Shown piece after piece: positions 9,701-16,397 of a stretch of 16,637 bases of DNA (position 1 is its first letter; every line of letters starts with the position of its first letter). Below the pieces are notes generated by a model that saw only the letters and a list, made by a program, of their open reading frames with translations, ran no database searches and had not been told where the DNA came from. This DNA is from Candidatus Eiseniibacteriota bacterium (GTDB lineage Bacteria > Eisenbacteria > RBG-16-71-46). The position numbers and the translations under genes were made by a program. Location of the stretch: contig JBBRLX010000046.1 of the NCBI GenBank assembly GCA_038231135.1, positions 1 through 16,637 of the forward strand, read 5' to 3'.

Positions 9701-12588
9701 TGTCGACCGTGCAGGGGTTGCCATCGTCCACCACCGGCGCGGTACCCGCCTGGCACGTCGATGTCGCGTTGCACAGCTCCACGCCGTTGCACGCGTTGCC
9801 GTCGGAGCAGCTCGTCCCCGCGGCCACCGGGGTGTGCGAGATGCCGCTGACCGGATCGCACGCATCCGCGGTGCACGGGTTCCCGTCGTCCACGTTCACG
9901 CTCCCCGCCACGCACGTCGCCGACGCGTTGCACGTCGCGCCGCACGCCGAGCACGACGTGCCAGTGGCCACCGGCGTGTGCGTCACGCCGCTCGCCGGGT
10001 TGCACGCGTCGGTCGTGCACGGGTTCCCGTCGTTCACGGCCGGTGGTGTCCCCGCCGTGCACGTCCCGCTCCCATTGCAGGTCTCGGAGCCGTTGCACAG
10101 GTTGCCGTCCGCACACGATGTCCCGGCCGCGATCGGGGTGTGGCTCACGCCGCTCGCCGGGTTGCACGCGTCCGCCGTGCACGGGTTGCCGTCGTCGATC
10201 ACGAGGGGCGTCCCCGCGGCGCAGCTCCCGCCTGCGGTGCAGATCTCGGCGCCGTTGCACACGTCGCCGTCCGAGCACGCGGTCCCCGCCGAGACGGGCG
10301 TGTGCGTGACGCCGGTCGCCGGGTTGCAAGCGTCGGTCGTGCACGCGTTGCCGTCGTCCACCGCGGGAGGCGTCCCGGCCACGCACGCCCCCGCGGCGCT
10401 GCAGGTCTCGGCGCCGTTGCACAGGTTGCCGTCGGCGCACGACGTCCCCGTCGCCACGGGCGTGTGGCTCACTCCGGTCGACGGGCTGCACGCGTCGGTC
10501 GTGCACGGGTTGCCATCGTCCACCACCGGGGCGGTCCCCGCCAGACACGCGCCCGTCGCGTTGCAGAGCTCCGCACCGTTGCAGGCGTTCCCGTCGCTGC
10601 AAGAGGTACCCGAAGCCTTCGGCGTGTGGCTCACGCCGGTCGATGGACTGCAGGCGTCGGTCGTGCACGGGTTGCCGTCGTCGACGATCGGGGGCGTCCC
10701 CGCCGCGCACGTCCCCGAAGAGCAGAGCTCGCTCCCATTGCATGCGTTCCCGTCGGTGCACGAGGTGCCGTTCGCGGCGATCGGGTTCGAGCAGACGCCC
10801 GTCGTCGTGTCGCACGTCCCCGCCACGTGGCACGCGTTCGACGCCGTGCACACCCACCGGGCTCGCTCCCGCGCACGCGCCAGACTGGCACGTATCGCTG
10901 GTCGTGCACGCGTTCCCGTCGTTGCACGCGCTCCCGTTCGCCTTCGCGGGGTTGCTGCAGACTCCCGTCCCGGTGTTGCACACGCCGGCGGTGTGGCACT
11001 GATCGCTCGCCGCGCAGATCACCGGGCTCGCGCCGGTGCAGGTCCCCGACTGGCACGTGTCGCTCTGCGTGCACGCGTTGCCGTCCGAGCACGCCGTCCC
11101 GTTCGCCACGCTCTGATCGGCGGGACACGCCGCCGCGTTGCCCGAGCACTTCTCGACCGCGTCGCAGGTGCCGATCGACGCGCGGCACACCATGGTCGCC
11201 GCCGCGAACGCGTCGGTCGGGCAAGCGTTCGACGCCCCGGAGCAGCTCTCCACCACGTCGCAGGGTCCGGCGGCGGCGCGACACACCGTGCCGGCCGAGG
11301 CGACCGCATCCGCCGGGCACGCGGCGCTCGCTCCTGTGCACTTGTCGGCGACGTCACACCCTCCCGCGACCGCGGCTCGGCACACCGTCGTCGACGCCGC
11401 GAAGCCGTTGGCCGGGCACGCCGTCGAGCTCCCATTGCACACCTCGACAACGTCACAGACCCCGCTGCTGGCACGACACGCCGTCCCCGAAGGCGCGGCC
11501 ACATGGGTGCAACTCCCGCTCACGCACGCGTCCGTCGTGCAGGGGTTCCCGTCGTCGCACGACGCCGGGCACACGTACTGAAAGCCGTCCTCGAGGCCCA
11601 GGTGGCAGTTCTGCCCGACGTCGACGTCCTTGCCTCCCACGGCGCCGGTCAGCGTCACGTTCTGCTGCAGCAACAACTTCCCGTTCGGGGCGTAGAGCAG
11701 ACCCCGCACGTGCGAATTCTCGAACGTCGCCGCCGTCGTCGCCGAGCTCAGCGCCGTGATCTGGATGCTCTTCGCGGTCAGCGTCGTTCCCGACGCCGGT
11801 CCGATCGTCTGGTTCTGCTGGAAGGCGAATGCGTTGGCGACGCGCACATCCACCGCCGCGAGGGCCTGGATCTGTGTGTTCTGCCCCGCTGTGATGTTCG
11901 CGATCTGGTACAGGCCTCCCGACAGCTTCACCACCGCGTTCTGCCCGATCGTCCACGTCGCGTACTGCCCTGGAGCCACCGTCTGCGTCACGCTGTCGGC
12001 GATGGTCACGTTCGTGGTGCCCGGCGTCACCGTGGGCGCCGCTGGCAGCGCGGGAGGCTGCAGGAAGGCCGTCACTGTGCCCCACGTCGCGTTGGCGCCA
12101 TGCGTGAAGTGATCGGACGAGATCGCCCCCGCGTGCACGTTCGTGTCGATGCCGAGCCACGCTCCGTACGACGCCCCCGGCAACGTGACGGCCTGTTGGG
12201 TCCAGAGCGTGTAGCCGCTCTGGATCGTCCCCGTCGTCGACGTGGCTCGCGCCCCGATGTCGCCGCTCGAGATCACCGCGTTCTGCTGGATCCGCGCGCT
12301 CCGTTCGGCGAGCACGACGAACGATCCGAGAGTGAGTGCTTCCTTCGCCGCTGCCGTCGGCTCCGACACGGACGGCGGTGCAGCTCGGGTAAGGACGGGC
12401 GCAGGCGGCGCCGGCTCCTCGCCGTGCTTCCCGCAGCCCAGGACGGCCAGGACGACAAGGCCAAGGCCGGAGAGCTGGGCCCACCTGCTCCAGGAGGGGC
12501 CACCCGGTACGGCTGGGGTGACTCCGGAATCGCCACCGCGGTGGTGATGGAAGTCATGGCGAGCGCCGACGCTGGGAGGCTTTTTCAT
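1..12588 (-). CDS. Giant Cys-rich lipoprotein with teneurin-like (FN-plug + NHL) region; 3'-partial, one apparent +1 frameshift at ~10854
   Basis: ATG at 12588 preceded by AAGGA. 578 codons read in the frame of ORF 9238..12855 (MKKPP...GASPV); a sensible protein then continues in the adjacent frame from 10853 (VCTASNACHV...). The track lists no terminated minus ORF in that frame below 11019, and spot translations found no stop. Third positions are strongly G/C and domains are coherent along the length. Confidence 0.9.
870..2490 (-). other. Teneurin-like TTR/carboxypeptidase-regulatory-like + FN-plug region of the giant CDS
   Basis: [43 protein letters not shown]...QRTLLTPWGAF, then IAGTPYTLVCSTGRA, EIAWDGTDACGRHIHG and [20 protein letters not shown]. 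These motifs are collinear with motifs recalled from teneurin extracellular cores. Confidence 0.8.
2520..2870 (-). repeat. Second-type Cys-rich repeats (distal end of stalk)
   Basis: ACQSGTCTPSNPVVCPGPTDTCHGAGSCNPTTGACSNPAK and CDDGIACTGNDQCRGGACAG...CHDAGTCDPGTGRC resemble the repeats at 10770-11110. Confidence 0.75.
2870..10770 (-). repeat. Coding tandem array of ~45 Cys-rich units, mostly 162 nt/54 aa with 6 Cys (Dictyostelium CTDC-like DDGNPCTxDxC motif)
   Basis: Motif resembling gtgca(c/g)gggtt(g/c)ccgtcgtc counted 45 times between 2911 and 10663, mostly at 162-nt spacing (e.g. 10663, 10501, 10339, 10177, 10015). Typical unit: CSDGNACNGAELCxxxGxCxAGTxPxVDDGNPCTTDACxPxTGVxHTPVxAGTx. Confidence 0.92.
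10770..11110 (-). repeat. Second-type Cys-rich repeats (proximal end of stalk), two copies
   Basis: CSDGNACTQSDTCQSGTCTGASPVICAASDQCHTAGVCNTGTGVCSNP, followed by a paralogous copy that spans the frameshift. Confidence 0.8.
11113..11480 (-). repeat. Four disintegrin-like Cys repeats (~30-31 aa)
   Basis: CRASSGVCDVVEVCNGSSTACP, CRAAVAGGCDVADKCTGASAACP, CRAAAGPCDVVESCSGASNACP and CRASIGTCDAVEKCSGNAAACP; the CRx4-5CDxxExCxGxSxxCPxD pattern is that of the ADAM disintegrin C-terminal half. Confidence 0.7.
11581..12336 (-). other. Probable beta-helix/beta-solenoid domain (ice-binding DUF3494-like or related)
   Basis: Nearly Cys-free ~250 aa rich in T/G/A/Q/N with SFVVLA, SGDIG, VAPGQY and GLLYAPNGKLLLQQNVTLTGAV, and recurring GQN/QQN turns. 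Confidence 0.5.
12433..12588 (-). other. Lipoprotein signal peptide of the giant CDS (lipobox VLG-C, Cys codon 12433-12435)
   Basis: RWAQLSGLGLVVLAVLGC followed by a Pro-rich linker (GKHGEEPAPPAP). The n-region is unusually long, so the start codon is uncertain. Confidence 0.65.
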
Positions 12589-12797
12589 GAGGGCAGTCCT
12601 TCGGGAGCGGAGTCTGGCAATCGGTGCCGCAAGGAAGTGGAATCGGTCGGCGCTCCGACCTTCGTGGTCGAGCCCATCGCGAGTGCGGAGCGGAGGACGA
12701 CGGCCGCCTCGGGCCCGAGGCGGCCGGCATCCCGTGCCTCGGCGGCCTGCACCTCGAACAACACGACATGATCCGAGCTGTGCATCGTCATGGTCAC
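12585..12797 (-). CDS. Possible small hypothetical protein (~66-70 aa) coupled to the giant gene
   Basis: Its TGA overlaps the giant gene's ATG (ATGA, 12585-12588); mostly G/C third positions over the first ~50 codons; GTG/ATG/ATG start cluster after GAGAG. Confidence 0.35.
   Translation of the reverse strand: MTMTMHSSDHVVLFEVQAAEARDAGRLGPEAAVVLRSALAMGSTTKVGAPTDSTSLRHRLPDSAPEGLPS
12701..12726. repeat. Perfect 26-bp palindrome
   Basis: cggccgcctcggg|cccgaggcggccg equals its own reverse complement. Confidence 0.9.
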
Positions 12798-12922
12798 TCT
12801 CGAGCGCTGGGAGGTTGCTTGCTTTCACTGGACACGCGACGACTTCGCGGGTCAAGAACGGAAACTTTGCGCACCCGATCCTCGAGAGGATCTGCGTGAT
12901 CCGAGTGGCGGAACTCCGCTGC

Positions 12923-13318
12923 CTACTGACGCCGGAGCGCCACCTGGATCGCCAGGTGTGCCGTCGACCAGCTCTCCGCCACCGCCCTCGTCACGAGCTC
13001 TCGCTGCTTCTCCGCGGGCAGGCCGAGCACCAGGTACGCGTGCCGCAGCGTCAGCTTCTCGAGCTCCGGCGCACGCATTGTGATCCGGAAGATCGCCAGG
13101 CACCGCCGCAGCGTGGTCACCGAGAAGGGGCACCCCGATCGCAGGGCGATCGCCTCCACCGACCTTCGCTTCGGACCGCGCCGAGAAGAAAGCGCGACGT
13201 CGCCGCCGTACACCCCCAGGACGAGGCGTCCGACCTCCAGCGCAGAGGGAAGATCGCTGATCGACCCGACGCGCTGCAGCTCGTCGATGACGTGTTCGAA
13301 GGGATCGTGGTGGCGCAC
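12923..13318 (-). CDS. Hypothetical helical protein, DUF1016/YhcG N-terminal-like, no nuclease domain (~131 aa)
   Basis: 3' part of ORF 12923..13846; GTG at 13318 after purine-rich GAGAGGGGAGG. Motif order LEVGRLVL, PFSVTTLRRCLAIF, LTLRHAYLVLGL, RAVAESWSTAHLAIQV. Confidence 0.6.
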   Translation of the reverse strand: MRHHDPFEHVIDELQRVGSISDLPSALEVGRLVLGVYGGDVALSSRRGPKRRSVEAIALRSGCPFSVTTLRRCLAIFRITMRAPELEKLTLRHAYLVLGLPAEKQRELVTRAVAESWSTAHLAIQVALRRQ

Positions 13319-13511
13319 CCTCCCCTCTCGGCCCTGCGAATCCCGAGTTGCGTGTTTCTGGACGAACCGCGAATCACGGGGTGAGCAAGGAGAGGTACCG
13401 GGTGCTCGAGCCGGGCCCCGTTTCGCTCGTCCCATCCGTAGGGTGGTAATGTTGTGCTCTGGATGCACATGAATGGGCCCCCGGAAGGTAGGATCTCGGA
13501 GGGTGAACAAA

Positions 13512-13811
13512 TCACCGAGCCGCGGTAGCCCTGCGAGCGCGGCGACGTGGGACCCCAGGCGTCTCGGCTGGCGGGGCGAGCAAGTCGGCGGGCTCGCAGC
13601 CCAGCGCAAGCGCGAGTTTCTCGATGGTGCGTAGGCCCAGGTTCTCGCCCCCGCGCTCCACACGCTGAATGTACCGCGCCGACACCCCGGCCAGTTCCGC
13701 GAGGCGCTCCTGGGTGAAGCCGCGGGTCCGGCGCAGCTCGGACACGCGCAGCCCCACCCGGTCGAGGAGCGGAGAGTGCGAGCGGGGGAGCGTTGGCGTG
13801 GGCGGCGGCAC
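13512..13811 (-). CDS. XRE-family (HTH_3) transcriptional regulator; start uncertain
   Basis: VGLRVSELRRTRGFTQERLAELAGVSARYIQRVERGGENLGLRTIEKLALALGCEPADLL is a classic XRE HTH. GTG 13811 chosen tentatively; the ORF's maximal start at 13895 would overlap the kinase. Confidence 0.9.
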   Translation of the reverse strand: MPPPTPTLPRSHSPLLDRVGLRVSELRRTRGFTQERLAELAGVSARYIQRVERGGENLGLRTIEKLALALGCEPADLLAPPAETPGVPRRRARRATAAR

Positions 13812-13879
13812 TGCCCGTGTGCGGTCGCTCGGAAAGACGCGGCCAACCACGACCCATAAGTACGTGTTAGCCTCGCACG

Positions 13880-15304
13880 GTGCAGGACTCCGCAACCCAG
13901 CTGTACGACCCGACGATGATGCGCGCGCAGAAGCGCGTCGGGCTCTTCCTACGGGAGAAGTGGCGGCTCGATCGGCTGCTCGGGGTCGGCGGGATGGCGG
14001 CGGTCTACGCGGCGACCCACCGAAACGGCAAGCGCGGCGCGATCAAGATGCTGCATCCGGAGCTCTCCGCGGACCCCGGGATTCGCGAGCGCTTCCTGCG
14101 CGAGGGACGAGCCGCGAACCACGTCGGCCACCCCGGAGCGGTGTCCGTCCTCGACGACGACACCGCCGAGGACGGATCGATCTTCCTCGTGATGGATCTT
14201 CTTGAGGGCGAGAGCCTGGAGGGCCGGCGGGAGCGAATGGGCGGGAAGCTCGACGTGATGGACGTGCTCTCCATCACGGATCAGGTGCTCAACGTGCTCA
14301 TCGCGGCGCACGCGAAGGGCATCGTTCATCGCGATCTGAAGCCCGACAACCTCTTCGTGACGCGCGACGGGGCGGTAAAGGTCCTCGATTTCGGTATCGC
14401 ACGACTCCGTGAGAGCGGCGCTTCCAAGGGCACTCACACCGGCATCTCGATGGGGACTCCCTCGTACATGGCCCAGGAGCAGGCTCGCGCGCTCTGGGAT
14501 GAGGTCGACGGTCGTACGGATCTCTGGGCGGTCGGAGCCACCATGTTCGCGTGCCTGACGGGCCGCGTCGTTCATGAAGGACGCACGATGAACGAACAGC
14601 TCCTGTCGGCGATGACCAAGCCCGCGCCGCCGGTCCGCACGCTCGCCCCGGCAACGCCGCGTCCGGTTGCCGAGGTCATCGATCAGGCTCTGGCGTTCGA
14701 TCGTGAAGGGCGGTTCCCCACCGCTGGCGACATGCAGGCGGCCCTCCGGGGAGCGTATGAGGCTCTGCAAAGCGGCGCGCCCATTTCGACGGCGCCGAGG
14801 CTCCTTGTGCCGGACGTCGCGATCCAGAAAACGCTGCCCTCGTTCCCCGGCTCGGGCGGCCTCGCAGACCCCCGGACGGAGGGCGCGACCGCGCGCGCGA
14901 TCGTCAGCGGCACGGGTCCGGGCCGCCCTCGAGCGGCGATCGGTCAACGCGTCGCGATGGGCGTCGTGGCCGTCGCTCTCTGCATCGCGCTGATTGTTGC
15001 AGCATCGTTCGCGCTCCCTGGCGGTCGCGAGGCCGCGACGACCACCGCGCCGGGCACGGCGGCGCCGAACACCCCGGACGTCCCCGGTCAGTCGGCGTCG
15101 GCAACGCCGGCGGTCATGCCCACAACGGCTCCGTCAGAGTCCACGCCGGAGTCCGCTCCGACTACCCCCCCCGTCAAAAAGGACCTCCGCGCGAAAACGG
15201 GCGCGGCTGGCGCGGCAGCCAAGACTGCCCCCGACACGGGGAAGCCCCCTCCCCCTGTCGTCGCGCCGAATCGAAAAGGCGGCCCCATGGACGACAACCT
15301 ATGA
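13880..15304 (+). CDS. Membrane-anchored Hanks-type Ser/Thr protein kinase
   Basis: LGVGGMAAVY, AIKML, HRDLKPDN, DFG, GTPSYMAQEQ, DLWAVG; TM segment VAMGVVAVALCIALIVAASFAL; Pro/Thr-rich C-terminal tail. Confidence 0.95.
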   Translation: MQDSATQLYDPTMMRAQKRVGLFLREKWRLDRLLGVGGMAAVYAATHRNGKRGAIKMLHPELSADPGIRERFLREGRAANHVGHPGAVSVLDDDTAEDGSIFLVMDLLEGESLEGRRERMGGKLDVMDVLSITDQVLNVLIAAHAKGIVHRDLKPDNLFVTRDGAVKVLDFGIARLRESGASKGTHTGISMGTPSYMAQEQARALWDEVDGRTDLWAVGATMFACLTGRVVHEGRTMNEQLLSAMTKPAPPVRTLAPATPRPVAEVIDQALAFDREGRFPTAGDMQAALRGAYEALQSGAPISTAPRLLVPDVAIQKTLPSFPGSGGLADPRTEGATARAIVSGTGPGRPRAAIGQRVAMGVVAVALCIALIVAASFALPGGREAATTTAPGTAAPNTPDVPGQSASATPAVMPTTAPSESTPESAPTTPPVKKDLRAKTGAAGAAAKTAPDTGKPPPPVVAPNRKGGPMDDNL

Positions 15305-16293
15305 CCCTGCGCCCTTTCCTCTGCGCCTTCCTGATCGCCGCGAGTTCCGCGGCTGCTGACCCCGCGAGCGAAGCGCTCTTCAAGGAGGGAAAGGCGAAGT
15401 ACGAAGCTGGCGAATACGTCGCCGCGCTCGAGAACTTCCGGCAGGCCTACGCCCGCACCAGGAGCCCGGCGGCGATGCTGAGCATCGGGACGACGCTGAA
15501 AGCGCTCGGGCGCTTCGCTGAAGCCGCGGACGCCTACGAAGCCTACCTCGCGGATCCCGGCGCCAATCCGGCGAAGAAAGCCGAGACTCAGAAGGCGCTT
15601 CTCGAATCACTCAAGAGCGTAGCAACGCTGAAGATCGACGCGGAAACGAACGCCAACGTCACGGTCGACGCCCGCGAGGTGAAGGGATCAGTGCGCGTGG
15701 ATCCAGGCGCGCACGTGGTCATCGCGGATGACGGTTCGGGCAACCCGATGACAACCCAGATCACCGTGAAAGCGGGGGAGGAGCGAACCGTCTCACTGCG
15801 CCGCAAGGCGGATGGCTCGCCGCCCGCAACGGGACCGAGCGAAAGGAAAGAGCCCAGGGAGCCTCCGGCCACTCCCCAGCCCGCGCGGCGACCCGGATCA
15901 GGTGGAGGGGGGGGCATTCCGGTATTGAGCTACGTCCTCGTCGGCACCGGGATTCTCGCGGGCGGTGTTGCGGTGTACGCCGGCGTGCAGTCGAGAGGAA
16001 AGTACAGCGACGCCGGAGGGTTCGCGACTGCCAAGCTGGAATGCAACGGCGCAGCCACGGAAGCGTGTCGGAGCGCGAGAAGCGCCGACATAAACAGGGC
16101 GAACGACGACGGAGACCAGCTTCAACGCGTGACCATCGTCGCGGGCGCGGTTGGCGTGGCCGCGGTCGTCAGCGGAATCCTCGTCGCGGTCTTCACACGA
16201 TCTGCGGATGACGCCATGGCAGCTCGACCGCCCGCCCTCACCGTGAGCGCGGGACCAGGCACCGCCGGGGTGTCCCTCGGCGGGCTCTGGTAG
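15301..16293 (+). CDS. Exported TPR + PEGA-like protein with hydrophobic C-terminal segments
   Basis: Signal peptide MTLRPFLCAFLIAASSAAA; TPR-like ALFKEGKAKYEAGEYVAALENFRQAY...LGRFAEAADAYEAYL; PEGA-like VRVDPGAHVV...ITVKAGEERTVSL; ends GVSLGGLW; ATGA overlap with the kinase stop. Confidence 0.85.
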   Translation: MTLRPFLCAFLIAASSAAADPASEALFKEGKAKYEAGEYVAALENFRQAYARTRSPAAMLSIGTTLKALGRFAEAADAYEAYLADPGANPAKKAETQKALLESLKSVATLKIDAETNANVTVDAREVKGSVRVDPGAHVVIADDGSGNPMTTQITVKAGEERTVSLRRKADGSPPATGPSERKEPREPPATPQPARRPGSGGGGGIPVLSYVLVGTGILAGGVAVYAGVQSRGKYSDAGGFATAKLECNGAATEACRSARSADINRANDDGDQLQRVTIVAGAVGVAAVVSGILVAVFTRSADDAMAARPPALTVSAGPGTAGVSLGGLW

Positions 16294-16397
16294 GTGGGTT
16301 GGCGGCGCGGGCGGCGGCCCGGATAGAGCATCACGTGAGCTCGAAAGATTCTGCAGTGCGCAACGACGGAAGGCTGATTCATCATGAGGAGGTCGAG

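Noticed and set aside
2870..10770. Regularly spaced DNA repeats as a CRISPR or other non-coding array
   Set aside because: All periods are multiples of 3, variation is mostly synonymous, the intervening parts are homologous rather than unique spacers, and no cas genes are present.
9238..10854. Arg-rich C-terminal half of ORF 9238..12855
   Set aside because: Out-of-frame read-through after the extra base; RRRQPVH is the shifted DDGNPC repeat.
9..12771. Long plus-strand ORFs (9..4328, 4515..8690, 8700..11759, 8899..12771, 5290..7425 and others)
   Set aside because: Antisense shadows of the GC-rich repetitive minus-strand gene: VQGLPSS and GAGVAV are reverse-frame readings of DDGNPCT, with no independent domains.
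12589..12855. N-terminal extension of the giant ORF to TTG 12855
   Set aside because: The extension is not protein-like and would bury the signal peptide; ATG 12588 has an SD-like AAGGA.
12827..12855. Sigma70-like promoter on the minus strand (TTGACC-N17-TCCAGT)
   Set aside because: The -10 match is too weak to call as a feature without TSS data.
12589..12922. Riboswitch or structured ncRNA in the leader
   Set aside because: Hairpins are present but I recognise no known aptamer consensus; an Rfam/Infernal scan would be needed.
13319..13846. 5' half of ORF 12923..13846, plus ORFs 13117..13857 and 12587..13384
   Set aside because: They overlap the XRE or DUF1016-like genes in other frames or strands and give low-complexity Arg/Pro/Ala sequence.
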